Positions 28,991 through 38,968 of a stretch of 64,000 nt of DNA are shown here, in pieces. The notes under the pieces are model-generated. The model did no database searches and was not told the DNA's origin. It saw only the letters and a list, made by a program, of their open reading frames with translations. Position 1 is the stretch's first letter. Each line of letters opens with the position of its first letter. The position numbers were made by a program, and so were the translations under genes. The stretch covers positions 256,001-320,000 of the forward strand of contig CBDESZ010000016.1 of assembly GCA_965242725.1 (NCBI GenBank), in the 5' to 3' direction. This DNA is from Alkalispirochaeta sp. (GTDB lineage: Bacteria > Spirochaetota > Spirochaetia > DSM-27196 > Alkalispirochaetaceae).

Positions 28991-29764
28991 ATGGATAAAA
29001 ATACGCAAATGCGACTGGCCGTATTGATCGATGCAGACAATACCCAGCCGTCAATCATGGAAGGTCTCCTGGAAGAGATCGCAAATTACGGAATCGCCAG
29101 CATTAAGCGCATATACGGCGACTGGTCCAGCGATTCCCTGAAGAACTGGAAAAATATTCTTCTTGACAACGCCATTCAGCCGATTCAGCAGTATCCCTAT
29201 ACCCGCGGTAAAAACGCGACGGACATGAAACTCGTCATCGACGCCATGGACATCCTCTTCTCCGGAAATATCGACGGCGTCTGCATCGTTTCGAGCGACA
29301 GCGACTTTACGCCCCTGGCGCAGCGCATTCGGCAATCGGGACTGACCGTCTATGGCTTCGGGGAACAGAAGACGCCCAAGGCGTTTGTTCGTGCCTGCGA
29401 CCGATTCATTTACAGCGAGGTCCTCCGCCAGCAGAGCAGCGAAGGTAACGGAGACAGCCGGGAAGTGCCCGCCCAGCAGCCGCGGAAACGCTTTACCACC
29501 AACGATCTCAAACAGGACACCAAACTGGTAACGATGGTCCGCAACGGCATTGAGGACGCCGCCGACGAGACGGGGTGGGCGTCACTTGGTATCGTGGGTC
29601 AGAAGGTTGCAAACAGCAATCCCGACTTTGATCCCCGGAACTACGGATACAAGAAGCTTGGTGAGCTCATCCGGGCGATGCAGCTTTTTGAAGTCGATGA
29701 ACGTCCAATGGAAAACAGTCCGGCCCACAACATCTATATTCGCGACAAAAAGCGAAAACACTGA
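28991..29764 (+). CDS. NYN domain protein with C-terminal OST-HTH/LOTUS domain (LabA/DUF88-like)
   Basis: LAVLIDADN, RIYGDW, GKNATD, SSDSDF and FDPRNYG motifs. Confidence 0.9.
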   Translation: MDKNTQMRLAVLIDADNTQPSIMEGLLEEIANYGIASIKRIYGDWSSDSLKNWKNILLDNAIQPIQQYPYTRGKNATDMKLVIDAMDILFSGNIDGVCIVSSDSDFTPLAQRIRQSGLTVYGFGEQKTPKAFVRACDRFIYSEVLRQQSSEGNGDSREVPAQQPRKRFTTNDLKQDTKLVTMVRNGIEDAADETGWASLGIVGQKVANSNPDFDPRNYGYKKLGELIRAMQLFEVDERPMENSPAHNIYIRDKKRKH

Positions 29765-29790
29765 GGGTACATTCCGGTGGTTACAGGCTG

Positions 29791-30195
29791 ATGAAAAATC
29801 CCTTTCTATCCCTCATAAAGACGGTACGGATACGTCCTCTCGATGCGGTCATTCTCGTGATTGCCGCCGTCGCCATCGGCGGGTTTTCCTACTATGCGCT
29901 GGGACAGAGCGGGCCCGCCCGATCGGCGGAAATCAAGTCGGACGAGGGCACCTTTCTCTATCCCCTCTCCGTGGATCGCACGATTTCCGTCGCCGGCCCT
30001 CTGGGGGAGAGCATCATCGTGATAGAGGACGATCACGTCCATTTCGTCGAATCACCGTGCCGCGACAAAATCTGTATCGCCGCGGGGGAGCTTTCCCACA
30101 GCGGGGAATGGACGGCGTGTCTTCCCAACCGCGTCTTTCTCACCGTGACCGGCTCGACGGCGGAAGGTGCACCCGTCGATGCTACCGCGTTTTGA
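29791..30195 (+). CDS. NusG domain II-containing (DUF1312, EetA-like) membrane-anchored protein
   Basis: N-terminal TM helix; ESPCRDKICI..G and ACLPNRV motifs. Confidence 0.82.
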   Translation: MKNPFLSLIKTVRIRPLDAVILVIAAVAIGGFSYYALGQSGPARSAEIKSDEGTFLYPLSVDRTISVAGPLGESIIVIEDDHVHFVESPCRDKICIAAGELSHSGEWTACLPNRVFLTVTGSTAEGAPVDATAF

Positions 30196-30258
30196 TGCGT
30201 CCCGTCCGATACGAAGTGCAAACACGGCGGCACGACGCGTTTCTGTATACAGCCCCGT

Positions 30259-31377
30259 TTACGCCCCGCCCGGCTCGCCCGTCGCCCCATCGGGCTCTTC
30301 TACAATGCGAAACTCCTCGTCGGTGAGCCTGAAATAGGCCGGCCCGTCGGGATCCTTGAGACCCGGTGAGACATACACCCGCTTGTCCTCGGTCACGAGA
30401 ATCGTTTCAACGCCGTCCAGGCCTTCAATGAGCTCCACCGCGTCCGCCAGTCCCAATACGTACGCCGTGGTGGAAAGTGCATCGGCGTCAATGGAACGCT
30501 CCGCCACGATCGTCACCTGTTCCAGGCCGTTCCGGGTCGGATAACCGGTCTGGGGATCGATAATGTGGTGATACCGGACGCCGTCTTCCATAAAGAATCG
30601 TTCATAGGGTCCGGAGGTGACGATGGTGCGGTCCGCGGTGTACACGATCCCGAGAAAGTCGGATCGCGGCGCGTCGGGTCGCTGAACGCCGATGCGCCAT
30701 TGAGTGTCGTCAGGCTTGTTTCCGATGACGAGGATGTTTCCGCCGAAATCGAGCAGGGCGTGGCGTACTCCCTCCGCCTTGAGGATACGAGCCGCCTCGT
30801 CCGCGGCATATCCCTTGGCGATGGCACCGACATCGACCCCCATTCCCTGGTCTTCAAGGATGACCGAACCGTCCGGCGTGAGGGTCATCTTCCGGTAGTC
30901 GACAAGTGACTGTGCCTCAGCGACCGCCTCCTTCGGCGGTACGTGTTCATTGCCGGAACCGATACCCCAGAGTTTCACCAGCGGCCAGATGGTGACGTCA
31001 AAGGCGCCGTTACTCAAACGGGAATACCTCAGCGCTTCCTCCAGCACCTCGAATGTGTCGGGAGAGACCGCCGTCTGTTCCCCCGCCGCTGCGCGATTCA
31101 CATCGAGTATTTCCGTACGGGTATAGTCCTCTTCGGAGGCGCTCATCTTTTCTTCTATTTCCGTAACCCGTTCAAAAACGCGTTCAATGAGTGCATCCGC
31201 CTCGTCACTGTAGACGGTTACGCGAATGATGGTGCCGAGCAGATATGCCTCGTCGACGGTGGGTTCAACGGGCCCGGGGGAGCAGGCAGTGAGGGTGGCA
31301 AGAAGCGCCGTTACCGCTGCGACAGCGGCCGGAATGTATACCATACGGGCGCGCCGGCCCGGAGAATTCCAGATCAT
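30259..31377 (-). CDS. apbE: FAD:protein FMN transferase lipoprotein
   Basis: Lipobox LTAC; GAFDVT, DVGAIAKGYAAD, TSGPYER, YHHIIDPQTG and ADALST motifs. Confidence 0.92.
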   Translation of the reverse strand: MIWNSPGRRARMVYIPAAVAAVTALLATLTACSPGPVEPTVDEAYLLGTIIRVTVYSDEADALIERVFERVTEIEEKMSASEEDYTRTEILDVNRAAAGEQTAVSPDTFEVLEEALRYSRLSNGAFDVTIWPLVKLWGIGSGNEHVPPKEAVAEAQSLVDYRKMTLTPDGSVILEDQGMGVDVGAIAKGYAADEAARILKAEGVRHALLDFGGNILVIGNKPDDTQWRIGVQRPDAPRSDFLGIVYTADRTIVTSGPYERFFMEDGVRYHHIIDPQTGYPTRNGLEQVTIVAERSIDADALSTTAYVLGLADAVELIEGLDGVETILVTEDKRVYVSPGLKDPDGPAYFRLTDEEFRIVEEPDGATGEPGGA

Positions 31378-31419
31378 GGCGGGCATTGTAGCGGTGAGCC
31401 CGCTCCCTCGCAATATCCG

Positions 31420-32922
31420 TTACGGTTCCGAAGCCGGAGGCGGATCGAGGGGGAAGTGAATGGTGAATCGCGACCCCGACGTCCCGTCGACGGAGAGGGT
31501 GCCGCCCAGCTGGCTTGTCAGACCGGAAATGAGGGTGCGTCCAAGGGTATCGTCGGTTTCCCGTTCAAAATCTTCGGGCAGGCCGATTCCGTCGTCGGTT
31601 ACAAGCAGCCGGATCCTGTCCTGATCCAGCCGTGTCATGGATACGTGAATTGTCCCATCGGCGAGGCCGGGAAAGGCGTATTTCAGACTGTTTGAAATCA
31701 ACTCGTTCAAGAGCAACGCCACAGGAACGGCTTGTTGAATCGTCATCGCTACGGGATCTACATCGAGGTCGAGGGAGATGCGGTCCCGAGGTGCCGCGTA
31801 CGCTTCAAAGAGATGGTCGCAGAGGGACGCGACGTACGCTTCAAGGTCGATATAGGCGTAGTTTTCACTTCTATAGAGCTGTTCATGGACGAGGGCCATC
31901 GACTGAATCTGCATTTGCGCGTCGGCAAAACGGGAGAGGGCGGTGGTGTCCTCTATGCCGGCGGATTGAAGGTTCAGCAGGCTTGAAATGATCTGAAGAT
32001 TGTTCTTGACCCTGTGGTGAATTTCCGCCAGGAGAATGTCCCGCTCCCGGAGGCTCTGACTTAACAGGCGGATCGCCTCCTTCCGCTCGGTGATGTCCCG
32101 GATGATACCGACGGAGCCGGGAACACCGTGTTCATCGGTCATCGCCAGAAAACCCACCGAGTTGACGCCGCCGTAGGCAATGATGTTCCCGTAGAACTCA
32201 TTTTTTTCCGGCGTGTCTTCCTTGTGCCGCAATTTCACCTCGAGGTCCCGAGTCTTCCGTGCTCCGGTACGCCGCTCGTCAAAGAGCTTCGGTGCCTTTT
32301 CCGGCCCCGTCTCTTTTCCTTCGAAATCCTTCAGGACATGCCGGCGGCTTACCCGTTCCACGTATTCCGGCTCCAGTATGACGGAGAAGTGTTTTCCGAT
32401 GAGCTCTACGGGATCCCAGCCCAATGCCTTAACGGAATCGTTGATATAAACGAAGTGCCCTTCCGCATCAAGGGTATAGATGATGTCCGGAAGCGCCTGA
32501 ACGAGCTCGCGATAGCGCTCTTCCGTCATCCGCAGTTTGTAGTTGTTCCGTTCAATATTTTCCTTGATATTCATGACCCGCTGGATCACTAACGGGAGAA
32601 ACTGGATGTGCCGGAATTCGCCGTCGCGAATGACAAAATCGGCGGTCTGGTTCTGGACGATGTCGTCTATGTACTGGTATTCGGACCAGTCGGCTACGAG
32701 AATGAAGGGATGGCGCCAGAGATGGAGCCAGTTCGCAAAGCCACCGTTCTGAAAGGCGAGATCGGTGATGATAATATCGATGGAACCACCGGAAACGATA
32801 CGATCCGCGTCGCCAACGTCTGAAGGGACGACCATCTCCATGTGCAGTTCCCGGTCGGCAATGACCTGACGGAACCGCTCCTGTTCCCGCGGATTCTCGA
32901 TGGCAAAAAGAACGGTTGTCAT
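31420..32922 (-). CDS. Cytoplasmic hybrid sensor kinase: receiver-like, PAS, HisKA_2 and HATPase domains
   Basis: DIIITD, PAS (YTLDAEG..YIND), EIHHRVKNNLQ, NELISNSLKYAF and DDGIG motifs. Confidence 0.88.
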   Translation of the reverse strand: MTTVLFAIENPREQERFRQVIADRELHMEMVVPSDVGDADRIVSGGSIDIIITDLAFQNGGFANWLHLWRHPFILVADWSEYQYIDDIVQNQTADFVIRDGEFRHIQFLPLVIQRVMNIKENIERNNYKLRMTEERYRELVQALPDIIYTLDAEGHFVYINDSVKALGWDPVELIGKHFSVILEPEYVERVSRRHVLKDFEGKETGPEKAPKLFDERRTGARKTRDLEVKLRHKEDTPEKNEFYGNIIAYGGVNSVGFLAMTDEHGVPGSVGIIRDITERKEAIRLLSQSLRERDILLAEIHHRVKNNLQIISSLLNLQSAGIEDTTALSRFADAQMQIQSMALVHEQLYRSENYAYIDLEAYVASLCDHLFEAYAAPRDRISLDLDVDPVAMTIQQAVPVALLLNELISNSLKYAFPGLADGTIHVSMTRLDQDRIRLLVTDDGIGLPEDFERETDDTLGRTLISGLTSQLGGTLSVDGTSGSRFTIHFPLDPPPASEP

Positions 32923-33004
32923 TTGGATAATACCTTTGCTTAAACCTACACCGACGGCCCGACCTTTGCAAATCACTGCCACTCTTGAGTATATTCTTCA
33001 CCAT

Positions 33005-34492
33005 ATGAGTCAGAAAACAGCCATTACGGTAGCACGGGGTGACGGAATCGGACCGGAGATCATGGATGCGACGCTGCGGATACTCGAAGCGGCGGGTGCA
33101 CAGATCGAGCCGGAGTATATCGACATCGGGAAAAAGGTCTTCCTCTCGGGGAACACGACGGGTATCGAGCCCGCCGCATGGGATTCGATACGGAAGACTA
33201 AGGTCCTCTTCAAGGCGCCGATCACCACTCCCCAGGGAGGGGGATACAAGAGTCTCAACGTGACGATCAGAAAGTCCCTCGGCCTCTTTGCAAATGTACG
33301 GCCGGTACAGGCGTTCAATCCCTATATCGAGACACACTTTCCCGATATGGATCTGGTGATCATCAGGGAGAACGAAGAAGACCTCTATGCAGGTATTGAA
33401 CACCGCCAGACCGCGGAGGTTACCCAGTGCCTCAAGCTCATCACCCGTCCGGGAAGCGAGCGGATCATCCGTTTTGCCTTTGAATACGCCCGTACCTACA
33501 ACCGTACCAAAGTGACGTGCATGATCAAGGACAACATCATGAAGGTCACCGATGGTCTCTTCCATAAAATCTTTGACGAAATTGCGGCGGAGTATCCTGA
33601 AATCGAATCCAATCAGCAGATTATCGACATCGGGACGGCCCGGGTTGCCACCGCGCCGGAGCGGTACGACGTCATCGTCTCACCCAACCTGTACGGCGAC
33701 ATCATCTCAGACGTCGTGGCGGAGATGTCCGGCTCCGTCGGTATGGCGGGGAGCGCCAACATCGGTGCCGAAATTTCAATGTTTGAGGCGATTCACGGTT
33801 CCGCTCCGGACATCGCCGGCACCAACAGCGCCAATCCGAGCGGTCTCATCAACGCGGCGCTCCAGTTGCTCGTCCACATCGGTCAGGCGCCCGTGGCGGA
33901 ACGGGTGCATAATGCGTGGTTGCGGACAATTGAGGACGGACTCCACACCGCCGACATTTACCGTCCCGGCCACAGCGACCACCTTGTAGGGACAAGGGAA
34001 TTTGCCGACGCCATCATTGAGCGTATCGGTTCCGCCCCCAAACGACTCAAGCGGTGGAGCATCGATACATCAAAGGATACCCGTATCGTCGTACCACGGT
34101 ACGTCAGGAAGAAGGTGGAAAAGAAACTTGTCGGCGCAGATCTTTTCGTCGACTGGGCAGGTGAGCCCATGGATCCTGCCGTGATCGGCGGGGATCTGGA
34201 AAAGCTCGCCGCCGAGGCGGGCGCGCTCAAGCTGCGGATGATTACCAACCGGGGAGTAAAGGTCTATCCCAGGGGCTTCCCTGAGACATTTCTCACCGAC
34301 CACTGGCGATGCCGTTTCGTGGGAGCACAGACGCCCGACGGCGGAGATGCCACGGAGTACCGCACCGTTGAACACAGGGACGTGACCCGCCTGATGGATC
34401 TCCTCACCGAGCGGGGGTACGAGGTGATAAAGACGGAAAACCTCTATCTCTTTGACGGCGAACGGGGATTTTCGCTGGGACAGGGAGAATAG
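33005..34492 (+). CDS. icd: NADP-dependent isocitrate dehydrogenase (type with C-terminal extra domain)
   Basis: GDGIGPEI, KAPITTPQGGGYKSLN, NLYGDIISD, FEAIHGSAPDIAG; C-terminal NRGVKVYP..TDHWRCRF. Confidence 0.93.
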   Translation: MSQKTAITVARGDGIGPEIMDATLRILEAAGAQIEPEYIDIGKKVFLSGNTTGIEPAAWDSIRKTKVLFKAPITTPQGGGYKSLNVTIRKSLGLFANVRPVQAFNPYIETHFPDMDLVIIRENEEDLYAGIEHRQTAEVTQCLKLITRPGSERIIRFAFEYARTYNRTKVTCMIKDNIMKVTDGLFHKIFDEIAAEYPEIESNQQIIDIGTARVATAPERYDVIVSPNLYGDIISDVVAEMSGSVGMAGSANIGAEISMFEAIHGSAPDIAGTNSANPSGLINAALQLLVHIGQAPVAERVHNAWLRTIEDGLHTADIYRPGHSDHLVGTREFADAIIERIGSAPKRLKRWSIDTSKDTRIVVPRYVRKKVEKKLVGADLFVDWAGEPMDPAVIGGDLEKLAAEAGALKLRMITNRGVKVYPRGFPETFLTDHWRCRFVGAQTPDGGDATEYRTVEHRDVTRLMDLLTERGYEVIKTENLYLFDGERGFSLGQGE

Positions 34493-34514
34493 GCTCCGCC
34501 TGCCGGGGCGCGGA

Positions 34515-35699
34515 TCAGTTCTCCCGCGCCGGCGAGGCGTTCAGGAACGGCACAAGGACGATGCTGACGAGCATGAGTGCTCCAAGGCCGATAAAACCGC
34601 TCCGTACCGTTCCGTTTTCCGTCAGCACCCCCATCACCGATGGAAATACTCCACTGGAAATGATGTTTACCCCCGGAATGATCACCGATACGGCGACGTT
34701 CCGGACCCGGGGCGGGCCGAGATCCGCCATCGCACTTACGGCGGCGGGAAAAAACGCGGCGATGGCGACGGGCTGCAGAAAGACAACAACCAGCATGGGA
34801 ACGTTCTGAAGGAGTCCGATGGCGGTGGTGAGTACACCGGTGATGAGAAAGACGCCGGCAATGAGCCGGGCAACCCCGATACGGTCGACCAGTACTCCGG
34901 CGACAAAGAGCATGCCGATGCCGCCGATTCGGGAGACGCTGAGGAGGGTGTTGACCGGTCCTACCGGGAGACCCTCCACGCGCACAAGAAACGTGGGAAG
35001 TATGGAATAGACTCCGATGGTGGAGCTTGCCGCCAGGGAGAAGAAGGCGACGATCGCCCAGAACTCCTTCTGTTTCACGATGGACGCGAGATTTCGCAGT
35101 TGGATTCGTTCTCCGGGAAAGCGACCCGCCACGGAGTGGAGGTCAAAAAGTATGCCCGTTATGAAGGCGGCGACGCCCGAAAGGCCGGCAACCCATCGCC
35201 AGTCGGCAATCATCGTTCCGATGCCGACGATGAGCGGCGCCATCACAAAGGCGAGGTTGGGGCCCACCTCATGAATGGCGATCGCCCGCCCCCTGATGCG
35301 GTCATCGACAAGGCTTGTCACCGCCGCCACCCCCGAGGGGGGATAGAGACCGGCGCCGCCGCCGACGAGGGTAAAGGCAACATATAGTCCCGACAGCGAC
35401 CGGCTCACCGCCGTCAGGATCAGTCCGACGCCGATCACGAGCGCCGACAGTGCGATCGTCCTGCGGTGGTGCAGACGCTCCGCGAGATAGCCGGAACCGA
35501 TCATCGTTGTCGCGTAGGAAATGGAAAGGGGAAGGAAGAGACGTGTCGCCTGGGCGGGACCGACGCCGAGATCAACCTGTATGAATACGAGGAGCGGCGC
35601 CACAAGGAGGCGGGCATACATGGAAAAGAAGATCATCGCGGCGAGGAACGTCACGTGTGGCGCGGCGTCCCTCAGTTGAGTAAAGCGTTTTTCATCCAT
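34515..35699 (-). CDS. Major facilitator superfamily transporter
   Basis: About 12 TM; G.LAERL..RR and G.LVDRIG loop motifs. Confidence 0.85.
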   Translation of the reverse strand: MDEKRFTQLRDAAPHVTFLAAMIFFSMYARLLVAPLLVFIQVDLGVGPAQATRLFLPLSISYATTMIGSGYLAERLHHRRTIALSALVIGVGLILTAVSRSLSGLYVAFTLVGGGAGLYPPSGVAAVTSLVDDRIRGRAIAIHEVGPNLAFVMAPLIVGIGTMIADWRWVAGLSGVAAFITGILFDLHSVAGRFPGERIQLRNLASIVKQKEFWAIVAFFSLAASSTIGVYSILPTFLVRVEGLPVGPVNTLLSVSRIGGIGMLFVAGVLVDRIGVARLIAGVFLITGVLTTAIGLLQNVPMLVVVFLQPVAIAAFFPAAVSAMADLGPPRVRNVAVSVIIPGVNIISSGVFPSVMGVLTENGTVRSGFIGLGALMLVSIVLVPFLNASPAREN

Positions 35700-35716
35700 T
35701 GTGTACTCGAAAGGTA

Positions 35717-38425
35717 CTACTTATTTGTAAGGTTAAATACCCCGTCCCAATCGGCCGGCGGCGCCTCCTTCTGGAATTTCCTTGACCGGTTGAAGAAGGT
35801 CGCGCTGGGGCCGTCTTCAGGAAACTCCCTGTTCAGGCGGGAAAAGACGCTTGTCGCTTCGCCCCATTCCCTGTTTTCAAAGAGATCGAGTCCCGCATGG
35901 AACTCAGCCACCAGTTGAACCTTCTCATCCGTCGCCGCATGGGATTCGTCGAGAATTTCAAAGAGCCGTACCGGCTCACTCACCCCGACGACGCGTACGC
36001 GATCAAGTTTTCGGGAAAGGAAATTATTGTCCGTTCCGTTGTGGGTGAGTTCGCTTGCAAGGATCCAGGTACCGTACTGTTTGTTGACTCCCTCAAGGCG
36101 TGCCGCAAGGTTTACCGCGTGACCCATGATTGTGTAGTCCATGCGATTGGTGGTTCCCATATTTCCCACGACCATTTCACCGGTGTTGATGCCGATCCGG
36201 GTCTGCAGGGGGCTTGGTGATAGATTTTCCGAGAGGAATCGGCGATTGAGCTCTTCCTCGACCTTCTTCATCTGTATTGCGGCGCGGCACGCCCGTTCTG
36301 AATGGTCGTCATAGGGGACGGGAGCTCCGAAAAAGCTGATGATCGCGTCGCCTTCAAACTTGTCGATCGTGCCGCGGAGATCGAGGACAATGTCACTCAT
36401 TTCCGAGAGGTAATGGTTGAGAAGCCTGACGAGATCCTCGGGGTCGAGTGTCTCCGATATCGATGAAAACCCCTTCACGTCGGTGAACATCGCCGTGAGT
36501 TCCCGTTTTTCTCCCCCCAGACGGAGACGGTCGGGATCGTCGAGAATCTCGTTTATCACGTCCGTACTCAGGTAGTGGTTGAAGGCGTTGCGAATGTACG
36601 TCTTTTCCCGGGCAACCTCGACAAATTTATAGGTGCTTTGTCCCACCGCGGAAAAGAAGAGGGTGAGTACCGGCGCCATGATCGGCAAATAGAGACGCAT
36701 TCCCACCATTGCCAATGCCGAACCGCCGGTGACCACCGCAACACCGGTAAAACCGAGGAGCAGTGTGGTGTTTGCCGAGCGTTTGCGGCTCACAACGACA
36801 AAGAGGGCGGTAAAGACCGTGGCGATGACGATGGAGACCCAACGGGGAAGGTTGTCGATGAAGCGGCCCGTTACAATAGTGTTCACCACCGCGCCGTGGG
36901 TACCGGTGTTTGCGTACTCGTTGATGAAGGGGTTGACGCCGATATCGGTGGTACCTGTACCGGTGTACCCGATAATGACAAATGAATCGGGAACCTGCGA
37001 CGCGAGAATCTCCCGGGTTTCCAACAGGTCGTCAAGGATGGAACGGGTGTTTTCAAAGACCGTGGGAATTTCCTCCTGAAGGCCCGTGAAAAAATCCCTC
37101 ATCTCCGAGGAAAGCTGAGGATCCTCCAGGGCCGCGGCGATATCGTCAAGAATAGCGTCCTCCGCCGACCCCGAAAGAAAGGCTGAAGCCTCTTCTATGA
37201 AATACTCCCGGATGGACGCGACCTCCGCGATGGACTCGCCATCCCCCGTTTCCAGTACTTCAGATACGAGGCCGTCGGCGTAGTTGTAGGCGTCGAGAAA
37301 GTTCCGGTCGCCCTCGTGGTACTGGAGGTACCCGCCGCCATCCATGGCGTTCAGGTTATAGGCAAGGTCATCAAGAAGGCGTACGTAGTATATGAGTTCG
37401 TAATAGGAAAGGTGACGAAAGCTGTCTATGTACTCATCCTTGGGCCAGTTGAGCAGCAGCGTTCCGTCCTCCGCCAGGGGGATGCGGATGTCCCGCCGTG
37501 ATTCCTCACCCGGTATCAGAGCGTCCCGGAGGACGACTGTGTTGTTGGTTACGTCGACCTCCGACACACCGAGCCAGGCGATCAGGGGCGACACCACCAG
37601 CTGTCCGAACCACTCACCGTCGTACCGGCGGAAGAGCTCGATCCGGCGGCGTACGCCGTCTTCGTCGACAACCACATTGGGAAATCCTGCGCCGGCGCCG
37701 CCGTCAAGGACCGCGTTAATGGCGGGGCGGATACCCATCGCATTCATGACAAGATCACTCTCACCCGAGACGATATCCCACGCAGCCTGCTCAATGGCAA
37801 AGGCGCGACGTTCGTCGGTAATAGGCTCCTCCGCGTCGGGAATGAGGTTCACCGTGAACCACGCATCTCCGTGGGCCCGGGCGGCGGCACCGAGAATAAC
37901 GTCGTTATTCCGTACGATGTCCTGGACGCGCTGCAGGAGACGGTTTTCGGCGTCGTCGGTCATACCGCGAAGATCCTCAAGGAAGTCCGTCGCATCCCCC
38001 GGAGGAATCTGTCCCGCGGCGATCGCCTGAATGAGACCTTCCACGCTTTCGTCGATTTCAGAAAATTCCCTGTCAAAGACACCGGGAATCTGCTGATCCA
38101 GGGTCTGGCCGTCAACCGCCAGTGGACTGGCGTCGACGTACTCAATATCGAAAACCACCGGACCTGAGTTGAACTCCCTCAAGGTGACCAGACCACGGGC
38201 CATGATGTCACGGGACCACGGCCACACGCCCACCCTGCTGATTGCAAGATCGTCCACATCGAGAAAGAGAATTTCCTCCCGCTGCTCTACTTCCGGTTTG
38301 ATATGGAGCCACGCGTCGTAGACGTTGTGTTCCGCAGTGGTAAAAACTCCCAATACTTCAAGTGTTCCAAATAATACCAACAAAATAACAGGCAGGACCC
38401 ATACGACAAAACGCTTCATATTCAT
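35717..38425 (-). CDS. CHASE2-domain class III adenylate/guanylate cyclase
   Basis: WPWSRD and D.DGVRR (CHASE2), 3 TM, FTDVKGFS, DKFEGDA, GNMG..DYT.MGHAVNLAARLE; Lys/Asp residues of adenylate-specific type. Confidence 0.93.
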   Translation of the reverse strand: MNMKRFVVWVLPVILLVLFGTLEVLGVFTTAEHNVYDAWLHIKPEVEQREEILFLDVDDLAISRVGVWPWSRDIMARGLVTLREFNSGPVVFDIEYVDASPLAVDGQTLDQQIPGVFDREFSEIDESVEGLIQAIAAGQIPPGDATDFLEDLRGMTDDAENRLLQRVQDIVRNNDVILGAAARAHGDAWFTVNLIPDAEEPITDERRAFAIEQAAWDIVSGESDLVMNAMGIRPAINAVLDGGAGAGFPNVVVDEDGVRRRIELFRRYDGEWFGQLVVSPLIAWLGVSEVDVTNNTVVLRDALIPGEESRRDIRIPLAEDGTLLLNWPKDEYIDSFRHLSYYELIYYVRLLDDLAYNLNAMDGGGYLQYHEGDRNFLDAYNYADGLVSEVLETGDGESIAEVASIREYFIEEASAFLSGSAEDAILDDIAAALEDPQLSSEMRDFFTGLQEEIPTVFENTRSILDDLLETREILASQVPDSFVIIGYTGTGTTDIGVNPFINEYANTGTHGAVVNTIVTGRFIDNLPRWVSIVIATVFTALFVVVSRKRSANTTLLLGFTGVAVVTGGSALAMVGMRLYLPIMAPVLTLFFSAVGQSTYKFVEVAREKTYIRNAFNHYLSTDVINEILDDPDRLRLGGEKRELTAMFTDVKGFSSISETLDPEDLVRLLNHYLSEMSDIVLDLRGTIDKFEGDAIISFFGAPVPYDDHSERACRAAIQMKKVEEELNRRFLSENLSPSPLQTRIGINTGEMVVGNMGTTNRMDYTIMGHAVNLAARLEGVNKQYGTWILASELTHNGTDNNFLSRKLDRVRVVGVSEPVRLFEILDESHAATDEKVQLVAEFHAGLDLFENREWGEATSVFSRLNREFPEDGPSATFFNRSRKFQKEAPPADWDGVFNLTNK

Positions 38426-38506
38426 AACGATTACCATTGTAATACTTTGCAATTATAATTGGTGAGAAATATACTAACGATAGGTAGAAGTTTCAGGAGA
38501 GAGTAT

Positions 38507-38968
38507 ATGAGAGAAAAATCGTTCCGACTCATCGTGGCGTTCGTATTGATCACCGCGCCGCTGCTTGCCGTTCATGGTCAGTCCAACGAAACACTGGACG
38601 ACCTGCTCAATCAGCGTCCCGCACAAATGGGGCATACAGCCTATCTCGTGCTGACCGCTGCGGGCCTTATTGAAGACGACGCGTCGCCTGAAGAGGCGCT
38701 TGCATACGCCACCGATGCCGGTTTTGTCCGCGGTTCGCCGGGCGTTTCCGACGAGGTCACATTCGGCCGGTACTCGTATCTCCTCATGAAATCATTTGGT
38801 GTACGTGGCGGGGTGATGTACATGATCCTCCCGGGGCCGCGCTATGCGGCGCGGGAAGTTGTATACCGGGGATGGTCCCGCACCCGCCGCGCTCCGTCGG
38901 ACGCGATTTCAGGCAATGCGGTCGTACGAATCACCAGCGTCTATCTTAACCAGGAAGGGGGCGAATGA
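38507..38968 (+). CDS. Exported hypothetical protein (SLH-like helical repeats, spirochaete-type)
   Basis: AGGAG RBS, signal peptide, GG.MY..PGPRYAARE motif; overlaps the next ATG. Confidence 0.7.
   Translation: MREKSFRLIVAFVLITAPLLAVHGQSNETLDDLLNQRPAQMGHTAYLVLTAAGLIEDDASPEEALAYATDAGFVRGSPGVSDEVTFGRYSYLLMKSFGVRGGVMYMILPGPRYAAREVVYRGWSRTRRAPSDAISGNAVVRITSVYLNQEGGE

Noticed and set aside
28991..29764. NYN-LOTUS protein as a toxin-antitoxin or defence system
   Set aside because: Common stand-alone LabA/DUF88-type gene with no partner or defence context here
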